Part shown: positions 38,226-48,011 of the stretch, one piece after another
Layout of the letters: each line of letters begins with the position of its first letter
How positions within the stretch are numbered: position 1 is the first letter of the stretch
Source: an uncultured Ignavibacteriales bacterium
Lineage (GTDB): Bacteria; Zixibacteria; MSB-5A5; GN15; FEB-12
DNA length: 64,000 nt
Direction of reading: 5' to 3'
NCBI GenBank assembly: GCA_964396245.1
Contig: CAYNEO010000002.1
Span: 80,951-144,950, forward strand
Notes under the pieces: generated by a model
What the model was told of the DNA's origin: nothing
Databases searched by the model: none
Seen by the model: only the letters and a program-made list of their open reading frames with translations
Made by a program: the position numbers and the translations under genes

Positions 38226-39278
38226 TTGGATTTTCTCTCGGTACATCTGCCTATCGCCGATCTCGAATTCAGTGTGGTCGTGCTGCTCGCGGTTGGATTC
38301 TGTGTCGGGACGCTCAGCGGCTTTTTCGGCGTTGGCGGCGGGTGGGTAATCACGCCCCTGCTGAATATCTTTGGTTTTTCCATGCCGCTGGCAATCGGCA
38401 CAAGTCTTGTCCAGACATTCGGGCAGTCGATCATCGCGACCGCCAAGCACAGCCGGATGGGCAACGTTGACTGGAAACTCGGCCTGCTGTCTATTCTGGG
38501 CTCCATAGCGGGTGTCGAGGTCGGCAAGCAGGCGATTTTCTTTCTCGAAGAGATGGGCCTCGCCGGGGTGGTCATAAGGTGGGTGTATATCGTTTTTCTC
38601 TCCGGACTGGGAACGTATGTGATGCGCGACTACTTTGCGACTCGGCGTGCCGAACGGATGCACGCCGCCAGTGGACCGGCAGGCTCGTCGGCTCCCAAGA
38701 GCTCCAGTCCGGCGGCCGTCAAGTTTCGCGGTCTGACCCTGGGACCCTTCGTCTCACTACCGACATCGGGTATCCAGAGCATTTCATTCTGGTCGCTGTT
38801 CATCATATTTTTCGCGGCGGGTTTCCTTTCCGGTTTCATGGGCGTGGGCGGCGGCTTCATTCTGCTGCCGGCCCTGATTTACCTGGTGGGCGTGCCCACG
38901 ACGGCCGCAATCGGGACTTCGTTGCTCGGCGTGACGTTCATGGCCGGCTATGGCAGTTTTATATACTCGCTCTCCGGACAAACGGATTTGATAGCAGCAG
39001 CGTTTATGCTGATAGGCGCGTCTTTCGGCACACAATTCGGGGCGCTGGCAACGAGATTTATTCACGGTTACGGAATCCGGCTGCTCTTCTCGATCATGTT
39101 GCTGCTTGCGGGAGTTTCTGTTGCCCTGAAGCAGGTCTACTCCATTATCGGGCATCGCATACTTGGTTCTCTTGCCGGAATCGTCGTACTCGGCGCCGCG
39201 GGAGCAATGGCGTTGCTGATAATCATGCGGTTACTTATCGGGATACGAAAATCACGTGAGGAACAGGGCTATGCATAG
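38226..39278 (+). CDS. TauE/SafE (TSUP family) anion permease, candidate sulfate/sulfite transporter
   Basis: TTG start after GAGGA. FCVGTLSGFFGVGGGWVITPLL and FLSGFMGVGGGFILLPAL are duplicated TSUP motifs. A Ser/Ala/Pro-rich central loop separates them. Confidence 0.8.
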   Translation: MDFLSVHLPIADLEFSVVVLLAVGFCVGTLSGFFGVGGGWVITPLLNIFGFSMPLAIGTSLVQTFGQSIIATAKHSRMGNVDWKLGLLSILGSIAGVEVGKQAIFFLEEMGLAGVVIRWVYIVFLSGLGTYVMRDYFATRRAERMHAASGPAGSSAPKSSSPAAVKFRGLTLGPFVSLPTSGIQSISFWSLFIIFFAAGFLSGFMGVGGGFILLPALIYLVGVPTTAAIGTSLLGVTFMAGYGSFIYSLSGQTDLIAAAFMLIGASFGTQFGALATRFIHGYGIRLLFSIMLLLAGVSVALKQVYSIIGHRILGSLAGIVVLGAAGAMALLIIMRLLIGIRKSREEQGYA

Positions 39279-39326
39279 TGTAACTTTTGGCAGGTGTGAG
39301 TCAATAACGAATGCGGAGAGATAGAT

Positions 39327-40139
39327 ATGTCAATTATCACAATCACACGTGGAGCACTACAGCGCACTTTCACCTTTACGGAGGCGTTGGCGACGAGCCT
39401 GAACGCAAAAACGATATCGCGTGAGGATGTAATCGACCACGGGAAGAAGTACGGCCTCGACCGGTTCGAGCTCTCGAAACTGGGGCTGCTGGAAAAACGC
39501 CCGCCGGTGATATGGGATCGGTGGAAAGAACAGCGGGACACCTTTCTCATCCTCTACAAGGCGTCGCTGATGGACCTGGTGTCGAACGGAAATGTGGTTT
39601 ACGTCGGTAACATCGGCCGTTTCGTCCTTTCGGACATTCCCCGTTTGTTCCGGATTCGGCTGGATGCAACCCAGAAGTACCGGATCGAGCACCGGATGCT
39701 GGACTCCGGCGACAGCCGTGCGGAGGCAACGGAGTTTGTCGATCGTATCGATCAACAGCGTGAGGAATGGGTAAAATTCCTGTACAACGTCGATTACTAC
39801 GAGCATGCGAACTACGACCTCATTATGAATATCGAGACGCTGAGTGTCGAATCGATGGTGAAGATTGCGGAGACGGCCGTATCGTTGCCGGAGTTCACGC
39901 AGGATGATCAGACTACCAGGATGATTCGCGATATTCACCTGGAGAGCCAGGTTCGGGCACAGTTGAAATTGTCACCGCGAACCAGAGGGATGCAGGTAAA
40001 AGTGAAGTGTGACGCCGACAAGGGCGTGGTGACTGTCAGGGGCAGTCAACCGATGGTTGGAATCGACATCTGGAAATCCGATATTGAAGCCGTTGTGAAG
40101 GTGATCGAAGGTGTCGAGACGGTCGAGATTGCCGACTGA
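39327..40139 (+). CDS. Cytidylate-kinase-like (NMP-kinase fold) protein with a degenerate P-loop and a BON-like C-terminal domain
   Basis: The N-terminus MSIITITRGALQRTF occupies the position where family members carry a Gly/Ser/Lys P-loop. The core reads RIRLDATQKYRIEHRM ... YDLIMNIETLSVE. The C-terminus reads VTVRGSQ ... AVVKVIEGVETVEI. Confidence 0.5.
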   Translation: MSIITITRGALQRTFTFTEALATSLNAKTISREDVIDHGKKYGLDRFELSKLGLLEKRPPVIWDRWKEQRDTFLILYKASLMDLVSNGNVVYVGNIGRFVLSDIPRLFRIRLDATQKYRIEHRMLDSGDSRAEATEFVDRIDQQREEWVKFLYNVDYYEHANYDLIMNIETLSVESMVKIAETAVSLPEFTQDDQTTRMIRDIHLESQVRAQLKLSPRTRGMQVKVKCDADKGVVTVRGSQPMVGIDIWKSDIEAVVKVIEGVETVEIAD

Positions 40140-40155
40140 CCACTTACGGTAATGC

Positions 40156-40195
40156 AAAAGGGCGCACGTACCTGACTCGCAGGACACATGCGCCC
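40156..40195 (-). terminator. Hairpin terminator after the YeiH-like gene
   Basis: The minus strand reads GGGCGCA-(20-nt loop with inner CCTG/CAGG)-TGCGCCC followed by TTTTG. Confidence 0.6.
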
Positions 40196-40242
40196 GCTCT
40201 CGAATAACGGTCCATTCGATACCGGCGGCGGTTCTCAGCCAA

Positions 40243-41598
40243 TCACTTTATTGCCGTCCAATAGTCCCTGAAGACAATCGTTGACAGGATATACCCCAAC
40301 GGGACATTGACTATCACACCCGTCGTGAATGCGTAAAACGGCTTCCACCCAAATTGCAGCAGTTCCTTGAAACGTGTCGTAAGGCCGATACACAGGAATG
40401 TGAAGACAAATGTCCAGGTGCGCAGGTTCTTGATCGGGGCTATCAAATCGGGCTTGAGGACCGAATTGAATTCCTGTGTGTTGTAGCCGGCGGCAACCAG
40501 GCTCATGATGATGCTGGCGGCGAAGAAGCCGAGGACGAATTTCGGGAACCGATTGCAGACCTCGGCCAGAGCCCGCGTTGACTTTTTCGGCCCAAGATCA
40601 CCGGGGCCGGTTTCCCAGTAGTAGCAGGCGATGACGGCGAGGATAAAGGACCAGAGTCCGATCCAGATATCTCGCCCGATAACTTTCATGAGTGTGTATG
40701 TCTGGATCGCCGCTTCGCGGCCGATCGCAGCCGCGGCGGCGAACCCGGCGGCATCGGCAAATTCCGACGTGCCAATCCATGCCCCGGAAACTCCGGCCGG
40801 AAGTCCAAGGGCTCGACACGCGAAGGGGAGGATGAAGATCATGACAATGGCCCATAGCGAAACGATTGAAATTCCTATGGCGACATGATCCTTGTGTGCT
40901 TGAACTGATCCGCCGATTGCTATGGCGGCGGAAACCCCGCAGACGGAGCCGGCGCCGCCCAGGACCGCCGCAAAGCGCTTGTCGAGCTTGAATACCTTGA
41001 CTGCAACGAACCAGATTGTCAGGAAGGTCGAGACGGCGACGATGGTGGCCTGAATGAACGCGATCGGGCCGGCGTTAATGATCAATGTGAGAGGCAGGGT
41101 CGCCCCGAGCAAGACGATTCCGGTCTTGATATAGTACTCGGTTCGCAGCGATGCCTCCATCCATTTGGGAAGCCGGCCGGTATTGCCGATTATCAGCCCC
41201 ACCAGCAGGGCGACGAGCGGGGCCTCGAGATTGTAATCATGCGCGTATTTCCAACTGCTGAAGACCAGGATGCACAGCGAACCGATGAAGATAATGATAA
41301 ACCCCGGCACATACTGCTTGAGTCGAAAGCCCATAATTTTCGAGCTGATCGAGAAGACGATCGTGAACGCCCCGAAGAGCAGGAGATACCACAGCCATTG
41401 CGATGCGAAGCTCTGAAGCACCGTGTCAAAGCTCACCCACTGAGGCGGTGTGATAGCAATGGGGCGGATGGTACTGCTGGAATAGAAGAAAATGATGGCG
41501 ACGATGACAATGCCGAGCCCCATCCAGATAGCCCAGTAATCCTCCTTTTTCCATAAATCTGACCATGAGAACTGAATACCCGATGTTTCTCCCTGCAT
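40243..41598 (-). CDS. YeiH/UPF0324-like polytopic permease (putative sulfate-exporter family)
   Basis: The 451-aa product has more than 10 TM helices. GGAGSVCGVSAAIAIGG resembles the YeiH GxGxSICGxSA motif. Confidence 0.55.
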   Translation of the reverse strand: MQGETSGIQFSWSDLWKKEDYWAIWMGLGIVIVAIIFFYSSSTIRPIAITPPQWVSFDTVLQSFASQWLWYLLLFGAFTIVFSISSKIMGFRLKQYVPGFIIIFIGSLCILVFSSWKYAHDYNLEAPLVALLVGLIIGNTGRLPKWMEASLRTEYYIKTGIVLLGATLPLTLIINAGPIAFIQATIVAVSTFLTIWFVAVKVFKLDKRFAAVLGGAGSVCGVSAAIAIGGSVQAHKDHVAIGISIVSLWAIVMIFILPFACRALGLPAGVSGAWIGTSEFADAAGFAAAAAIGREAAIQTYTLMKVIGRDIWIGLWSFILAVIACYYWETGPGDLGPKKSTRALAEVCNRFPKFVLGFFAASIIMSLVAAGYNTQEFNSVLKPDLIAPIKNLRTWTFVFTFLCIGLTTRFKELLQFGWKPFYAFTTGVIVNVPLGYILSTIVFRDYWTAIK

Positions 41599-41752
41599 GA
41601 CACCCTCCTTTCCGACCTGATGATGCGGCTTTGGTCGCAGTGGAAAAGACTACGGTTTTATGAAATCATAGTCAATCGCAGGGGGCGCGGTCAATATTGA
41701 AAAATCCCGCTCTGGTTACGGCAGGTAGCGGCTCGAAATTGTAACGAACAGG

Positions 41753-42724
41753 TCAGAAGAGCCACCCGGCGACGTCCGGCGCATGGTAGGAGATGATTAT
41801 ATTTGCTCCGGCACGCTTGATCGACGTCAGGATTTCGAGTACCAGCTGACGTTCATCGGCCAGACGCTCACGCGCCGCCATCTTGACCATAGCGTACTCG
41901 CCGCTGACGTTGTATGCTGCCAGCGGGATATCGAATCGCTCACGCGCCTGCGTGATAATGTCCAGATAAGCGAGGGCCGGCTTGACCATGACGATATCGG
42001 CGCCTTCGTCAATGTCCTGCCGTATCTCTTTCATCGCCTCGGTGGCATTAGGAGGATCCATCTGGTAGCCCCTGCGGTCTCCGAATTGCGGCGCCGAACC
42101 GGCGGCCTCACGAAACGGACCATAAAACGCCGATGCATACTTGGCGGAATATGACATGATCGCCGTATTCTCGTAGCCGTTTGCGTCCAGGGCCTGCCGG
42201 ATGGCGTGAACCCTTCCGTCCATCATATCCGACGGCGCGACCATATCGACTCCGGCGTTGGCGTGTGTCAGAGCCTGACGGGCGAGAACATCCAGAGTGG
42301 CGTCGTTGTCGACCCGGCCATTTTTGATGATGCCGCAGTGCCCGTGATCGGTGTACTCGCACAGGCAGACATCCGTGATAACCAGGATCTCCGGGTTTCG
42401 TGACTTGATTTCCATGACAGCACGCTGGACAACACCATTTTCTTGGAGTGATGACGAGCCGATCGCGTCCTTGCTCTTCGGGATTCCGAACAAGAGCACC
42501 CCGGGGATACCGAGGTCGTATATACGCTGGGCCTCTTCTGCAATCATACCGACCGGGAAGTGGGAGACGCCGGGCATCGATGTTACTGCTTGAGGCTCAT
42601 CGATAATCTCGCTTACGAAGAGTGGGTAGATAAAGTCGGATGGATGCAGGCGCGTTTCCTGGAGCAGGCGGCGCATGGCGTCACTCTTGCGCAACCGTCT
42701 GGAACGGGACACCGGAAATTTCAC
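41753..42724 (-). CDS. hemB: Porphobilinogen synthase (delta-aminolevulinate dehydratase)
   Basis: The GTG start lies directly after the upstream stop. [20 protein letters not shown] (zinc Cys triad) and VKPALAYLD (Schiff-base Lys) motifs are present. Confidence 0.9.
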   Translation of the reverse strand: MKFPVSRSRRLRKSDAMRRLLQETRLHPSDFIYPLFVSEIIDEPQAVTSMPGVSHFPVGMIAEEAQRIYDLGIPGVLLFGIPKSKDAIGSSSLQENGVVQRAVMEIKSRNPEILVITDVCLCEYTDHGHCGIIKNGRVDNDATLDVLARQALTHANAGVDMVAPSDMMDGRVHAIRQALDANGYENTAIMSYSAKYASAFYGPFREAAGSAPQFGDRRGYQMDPPNATEAMKEIRQDIDEGADIVMVKPALAYLDIITQARERFDIPLAAYNVSGEYAMVKMAARERLADERQLVLEILTSIKRAGANIIISYHAPDVAGWLF

Positions 42725-44275
42725 TTATGACCTCCCGACAGGTTGAGAGCTGTAATAAGCGACCATCTCTTCTACCATCGTCGGAATCGAGTGTACCTTT
42801 GCTTCGATGGTCACTTCAAGTCCCTGATCCACCGCATGCCGCGTAGTTGAGGGACCTATAGACACGATATCGGCATGCCGGGTTACCTGGCGAATTTCCT
42901 CGGCGCTCAGGTGGGATGAGAGATAATCGACGGTCGAACCGCTGCTGAACATGATGATGTCCGGCGGCTCGGCAAGCAACTTTTCCTTGAATCCGCCCGG
43001 CCAATTCGGCGCATATGTCTCGTAGACAGTCAAACCGATAACGTCCGCGCCGGCTTCGGTCAGTGTATCAGCCACCGTGTTGTCGGAGAGGTTGCCCTGC
43101 ACCCGGATCACGAGAGTGTCGTTTACCTCGACACTGGCGGCCATTTGCTCGGCCAACTCGGCGACGGTGGCGACGGTTGGCATAAAATCGGCCGAGAGCC
43201 GGTAGGATTCGAGCGCCCGCGATGTCCCTGAGCCGACGGCCGCAATTTTGTATTCGCCCAGTCGGCGCACGTCCCCCATCTCCCGGGCAAATTGATCCAT
43301 GAAATACCTGACACCATTTTCACTCGTAAAAACCAGCCATTTCCGGCCGGCCGGCATTCGATGGCATTGGTCCCAGGCGGATTTGTCGATATACTCGCGT
43401 GTCGCAATGGTCTGATACGGAAGAACCTCTGCTCCAAGGCTGCGGAGCCGGCAGTACAAGTCCGAAGCTTGATCGGCGGGGCGGGTTACCATTATGCGTT
43501 TTCCGAGGAGCGGCTTATTCGAAAACCACTCGACCGCTTCCCTGAAATCGACAACCTCGCCGACACAGATAAGCGCCGGAGGCTGTACGTTTTCTTCTGC
43601 GACGCGATCAGGCAGGTCTGTCAGAGGAGCATCGATAATTCTTTGTGATGGAGAGGTCGCCCGTTCTATCGCGCAGCTTGGCGTGTCGGCGGGCATACCG
43701 CCCTCGATCAGTTTTTCAACGATGTTCTTGATCTCGCCGACACCCATATAAATCACTAACGTGCCGTTATGCCCCTGTGACACCCAATTCCATGGTACGG
43801 ACGTGACCTCCTTGTCCTTAGCTTTGTGACCGGTGGCAAACATAACCCACGATGCTCTTGTCCGGTCGGTGACCGGTATGCCGGCATACGCTGCACCGGC
43901 GATACCGGCGGTGATGCCGGGGACGACAACGTACGGCACGTTGTTTTCTTTGAGGAAGCGAGCCTCTTCCCCGCCACGGCCAAAGACGAATGGGTCGCCG
44001 CCCTTGAGACGGGCCACGCGCTTTCCGTCCCGGGCAAGTCTGACCAGCAGGTGGTCGATTTCCTCCTGCGGTACCGGATGATCGCCCGCCTTCTTTCCCA
44101 CATAGTACTTCTCTACTTTTTCACTTAGGCGGATGACCAATTCCAGGGGTACCAGGTTATCGAACACGACGGCATCGGCGCCAAACAGCAAGTCCCTGCC
44201 CTTGACAGTGATCAGATCGGGATCACCCGGACCTGCGCCGATGAGGTAAACAGTGCCGTCGGTGGATTCGCTCAT
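42725..44275 (-). CDS. cobA: Uroporphyrinogen-III C-methyltransferase fused to uroporphyrinogen-III synthase
   Basis: The N-terminus VYLIGAGPGDPDLITVKG is SUMT-type. The C-terminal ~250 aa is HemD-like. The product is 516 aa. Confidence 0.85.
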   Translation of the reverse strand: MSESTDGTVYLIGAGPGDPDLITVKGRDLLFGADAVVFDNLVPLELVIRLSEKVEKYYVGKKAGDHPVPQEEIDHLLVRLARDGKRVARLKGGDPFVFGRGGEEARFLKENNVPYVVVPGITAGIAGAAYAGIPVTDRTRASWVMFATGHKAKDKEVTSVPWNWVSQGHNGTLVIYMGVGEIKNIVEKLIEGGMPADTPSCAIERATSPSQRIIDAPLTDLPDRVAEENVQPPALICVGEVVDFREAVEWFSNKPLLGKRIMVTRPADQASDLYCRLRSLGAEVLPYQTIATREYIDKSAWDQCHRMPAGRKWLVFTSENGVRYFMDQFAREMGDVRRLGEYKIAAVGSGTSRALESYRLSADFMPTVATVAELAEQMAASVEVNDTLVIRVQGNLSDNTVADTLTEAGADVIGLTVYETYAPNWPGGFKEKLLAEPPDIIMFSSGSTVDYLSSHLSAEEIRQVTRHADIVSIGPSTTRHAVDQGLEVTIEAKVHSIPTMVEEMVAYYSSQPVGRS

Positions 44276-44307
44276 ACAAGTAACCCAATAATGGGGTGTG
44301 GAGATGC

Positions 44308-44946
44308 TCAGCGTTCGAGCATAAGATCGAGTTGACTTTCTATCTGCTCCTCGCTCATTTCCTTTATCATGGTCTTCCAGTCTGCTTCGACAAATCGTCC
44401 GAAGCAGGCCATACGCTGTTCCATATCATCCGGCCAGCGAGCCTGCGTCTTTTTCCTGAACGCCGCGGCGTACTGCATGATCTTGTTCCAGTGTTCGGGA
44501 AAGACGTTGTCCAGTATCATGCGAAGCTGTCCGGAGAGAAACGGTGCTTTGCCATCGGTCGACACCGCCACGGTCAGACTGTCTCTCTTCACCACGGCGG
44601 GAAAAATAAAGTCGCACAGGGCAGGATTATCGACGACGTTTACGAGTACTCCCGCGCCCCGGGCATCGTCGTGTACCTGCTTGTTGACATCGGTACTGTC
44701 ACTGGCTGAAATAACAAGACCATAGGCCCCTGCTTCCGGAGATTTGTACTCACGCTTCTCGAGTTTGAGCAGGCCGTTGCCGGCAAAGAACTCAATCTTA
44801 TCGTGCGGCTCAGGCGCCACCACGGTCAGGTCGACATCGTAATCGAGCAGCGTTTCAATTTTCCGAAGGGCAACATTACCGCCGCCGACAATGAGGCAGG
44901 GTTTGTTCTTTACGGACACATTTATCGGCAGATATTTATTGGCCAT
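44308..44946 (-). CDS. sirC: Precorrin-2 dehydrogenase / sirohydrochlorin ferrochelatase (SirC / CysG N-terminal type)
   Basis: CLIVGGGNVALRKIETLL Rossmann motif, 212 aa. Confidence 0.75.
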   Translation of the reverse strand: MANKYLPINVSVKNKPCLIVGGGNVALRKIETLLDYDVDLTVVAPEPHDKIEFFAGNGLLKLEKREYKSPEAGAYGLVISASDSTDVNKQVHDDARGAGVLVNVVDNPALCDFIFPAVVKRDSLTVAVSTDGKAPFLSGQLRMILDNVFPEHWNKIMQYAAAFRKKTQARWPDDMEQRMACFGRFVEADWKTMIKEMSEEQIESQLDLMLER

Positions 44947-44963
44947 GGCAAATCAAATCTCCG

Positions 44964-46184
44964 TCAGTCTGAATTCCTGGTAGTTCTTACTTTTACATGC
45001 AGCAGGTGGTCCACCAGCTGTCGGGTAGCCCGGTCAACTTCGACCTGAAGTCCCGGGGGCAGTTTTTCGAGTAACTCGCTGATCTCGTGCCGGCGAATTG
45101 ACTCGAATGAATTGTCAAGTCCGTTATAAAGTGGTTCGTAACGAACATGCTCGAACCAGTAGACGAACTCGGCGAGCTTGCGCTCGATTATCTGTTCGAC
45201 CTGCGGAATAGCCTGCTCCCGGCGGGCCTGCTGCTCTTTGACAAATTGCTTGATGGCTTCGAGGTCATGGACCTCCACCAGAGGATTTGTCCCGTTGTCA
45301 TATTCGACATCTCGAGGCACCGCAAGGTCCACGATGAACAGCTTTCGGTCCGGCTGCGACCCCGCCGCATCATCAATCATTTGACGGCTGATTACCGAGT
45401 GCGGGGCACCGGTGCATGAAATCACGATATCAGCACGCGACAGCAATCGGGGAAGTTCATCAAGCCCGAAGGCTTCGGCCTTATACTTCTCGGCCAGAGC
45501 GACAGCTTTTGACAGGGTCCGGTTGGCGAATATGAAGCGGCCGCCATCGGATGCGGTGAGGTTCGATGCTGCGAGGGCGATCATCTGATTGACTCCCACA
45601 AACAGCACGACGGGCGATTCCGTGTCACCAAGTCGGGCTTTCAGCAGGTCGACGGCGGCACTGCTGACCGAGCAGGCGCCCTTGCCCATCTCGGTATCTG
45701 TTCGCACTTCCTTACCGACGCGGAAGGCCTGGTGAAGCAGGCGGTGCAGGACTTTCCCGGCACTCTTGAGCGTACAGGCAGAACTGTAGGCTTCCTTGAC
45801 CTGACCGACAATCTGGTTTTCGCCGATCACCATCGAGTCGATACCGGCCGTAACCCGGAACAGGTGACGGGCGGTGTGCCGGTTCTTGCGGATATAGAAG
45901 CTGTCCTTCAGATCAGTGATGTCCTGACCTTTGAATTCCCGGAAGAAAAGCCGGGCTATGGAGAAAGGTTCGCGGTCCGAATCGGCAACAAAGTACAGCT
46001 CCACCCGGTTGCAGGTAGAGAGCACCAGTGACTCTTTCACCGTGGGCAGCGCGTTGAGAATGGCGTTCGCCCGGGCGATCTCTTCCCTGCCGATCTGGAG
46101 CCGTTCGCGTTGTTCGAGCGTCGATGATCGGTGATTGATCCCGACCACACACAGATACCACTGGCCAACTGCCATTATCCGCAA
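44964..46184 (-). CDS. hemA: Glutamyl-tRNA reductase
   Basis: GINHRSSTLEQRE, LSTCNRVE (catalytic Cys) and GAPHSVI motifs are present. An alternative start lies at Met-4 (46175). Confidence 0.9.
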   Translation of the reverse strand: MRIMAVGQWYLCVVGINHRSSTLEQRERLQIGREEIARANAILNALPTVKESLVLSTCNRVELYFVADSDREPFSIARLFFREFKGQDITDLKDSFYIRKNRHTARHLFRVTAGIDSMVIGENQIVGQVKEAYSSACTLKSAGKVLHRLLHQAFRVGKEVRTDTEMGKGACSVSSAAVDLLKARLGDTESPVVLFVGVNQMIALAASNLTASDGGRFIFANRTLSKAVALAEKYKAEAFGLDELPRLLSRADIVISCTGAPHSVISRQMIDDAAGSQPDRKLFIVDLAVPRDVEYDNGTNPLVEVHDLEAIKQFVKEQQARREQAIPQVEQIIERKLAEFVYWFEHVRYEPLYNGLDNSFESIRRHEISELLEKLPPGLQVEVDRATRQLVDHLLHVKVRTTRNSD

Positions 46185-46220
46185 TTTCCTTTCTGGACTT
46201 TCACGACCAAATATACCCTG

Positions 46221-47909
46221 TTAGAGGAGAGCCTGCAAGCCCCCACCAACCACCTTTACATCTTTGTATCCGCCGGCTTTCAAAATTACCGCCGCCTGGT
46301 ACGCCCGGGCACCTCTCTTACACAAAACAACCAGGGGTTTTCCATTCGGGATATCGGCCAGCCGACCCTTGAGGTAGTTCAGCGGGACGGCAATAATCTC
46401 GCTATCCCGATTTCCGGCGATATTGGACAACGATTCTGCTTCGATCTCATCCGGTTCGCGTACATCGACAAAGATTGCCGCGTCGGCCCCGTTGAGAATC
46501 GCATCCGGCGAAACGAAATTCATCCCTCGTTGCAGGGCGCGGGCGATGCCGGCCATATGATGCAAGGGATCAAGCGCTTCGGAAAACGGCGGGGCGTACG
46601 CCTGCTCGAAGTCAAACAGGTCCTCAACCGCACCTTTTCTCTGGAGGAACGATGAGAATACATCGATTCGCCGGCAAATATCTCCGGCTCCGACTGCCTG
46701 CAGACCAAGGAGAGCATCAGTCCGCTCGTCGTAGACCATTTTCAGAACAAACGACTTAGCTTCGGGGAAATAGTCCGGCTTATCGGTGAATGATCCCCAG
46801 ACGGCTTTTGTTTTCAGACCGGCTGCGGACGCAGCCCGTTCGTTCAAGCCGACCGAGCCGACATTCAGGTCAAACATCCGCAGGATGCATGCACCCAATA
46901 CACCCGGGAAGCGAGTCTCGTGACCGGAAAGATTCTCGGCGATCACCCTGCCGTGCCTGTTTGCGATAGATCCCATCGGCAGGTAGAGCGTACCACCGGT
47001 CAGCTGATGAGTCGATTCCACGCAGTCTCCGCCGGCGTAAATTTCAGGATCGGAGGTCCGCATGGTGTCATCGACAACAATTCCACCATATGAACCGATC
47101 TCGAGACCGGCCTCGCGAGCCAGGTCAACGTTCGGATGCACGCCAACACAGAGGAAGACATAGTCGACGGCTATCGGATCATGGTCGCACGTGCGAACTA
47201 CCGGGCGACCGTCTTCACCCAACTCGATCTTCTCCACGGCGCAATCGGTCCAGACCTGAATATCCCGCCGGGACATGTCTCGCTCCACGATGGCGGCCAT
47301 TTCAGGGTCAAGGACATACGGGAGTATTTGATTTTCTTTTTCGATAACGGTTGCGGCTATGCCCCACATGTCGGTGACAGCTTCGGCAAGTTCACAACCG
47401 ATGAAACCGCTGCCAACTATCGCCACCTCGCCAATCTGCCCCTTCTCGGCCACCTTACGAAATTCCCGGGCATCCTCAGGGCGGGTGAATGACCGGATAA
47501 ACGGACTATCGCCGACTTCGAAATGCGGCATGTTGGGCAGAGCGCCGGTCGCCAGTACGAGCTTATCATACTGGTGCTCGAATATCTCGTCGGTCGCCAG
47601 CATTCTGACGGTAACCGTTTTTCGGTCGCGGTCAATCCGGACGGCTTCGGCGCCGGTCACGGCTTCGAAGCCGCGTGACGAGCGAAAGAAGTCGGCGTCG
47701 CGCGTGACACCGAAAGCGGTTTTCAGCAACTCCTCAAAGCCGCTGATCTCACCGGAGGCGAAAAACGGCATGCCACAGGTGGCATAGGACAGCTCGTCTT
47801 CCTTTTGATAAAGCGTGATAGACGCCTCCGGGAGCCGACGCGCAAGCGTAGCCGCGGCTTTTGGTCCGGCAGCAACGCCGCCGATGATGACAAAATCAGA
47901 CTTCTTCAT
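46221..47909 (-). CDS. CoA-disulfide-reductase-family flavoprotein fused to a C-terminal rhodanese domain (NAD(P)H persulfide/polysulfide reductase-like)
   Basis: FVIIGGVAAGPKAA (FAD), SYATCGMPF (redox Cys) and VAIVGSGFIGCE (NAD) motifs are present. The C-terminal rhodanese loop reads VVLCKRGARA. Confidence 0.75.
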   Translation of the reverse strand: MKKSDFVIIGGVAAGPKAAATLARRLPEASITLYQKEDELSYATCGMPFFASGEISGFEELLKTAFGVTRDADFFRSSRGFEAVTGAEAVRIDRDRKTVTVRMLATDEIFEHQYDKLVLATGALPNMPHFEVGDSPFIRSFTRPEDAREFRKVAEKGQIGEVAIVGSGFIGCELAEAVTDMWGIAATVIEKENQILPYVLDPEMAAIVERDMSRRDIQVWTDCAVEKIELGEDGRPVVRTCDHDPIAVDYVFLCVGVHPNVDLAREAGLEIGSYGGIVVDDTMRTSDPEIYAGGDCVESTHQLTGGTLYLPMGSIANRHGRVIAENLSGHETRFPGVLGACILRMFDLNVGSVGLNERAASAAGLKTKAVWGSFTDKPDYFPEAKSFVLKMVYDERTDALLGLQAVGAGDICRRIDVFSSFLQRKGAVEDLFDFEQAYAPPFSEALDPLHHMAGIARALQRGMNFVSPDAILNGADAAIFVDVREPDEIEAESLSNIAGNRDSEIIAVPLNYLKGRLADIPNGKPLVVLCKRGARAYQAAVILKAGGYKDVKVVGGGLQALL

Positions 47910-47922
47910 GTTTCTCTACGTA

Positions 47923-47951
47923 GAAGGGACCGCCCGTTGCGCGGTCCCTCC
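47923..47951 (-). other. GC-rich hairpin between dsrP and the CoADR-rhodanese gene
   Basis: The minus strand reads GGAGGGACCGC-gcaacgg-GCGGTCCCTTC (11 bp, one G-U). It ends 13 nt before the ATG at 47909. No U-tract follows. Confidence 0.5.
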
Positions 47952-48011
47952 GTCTATTTTCATCGAGCCCGGCGATGATCATTCTCTACCGGGCCATCTT
48001 CCATTTCTGTT

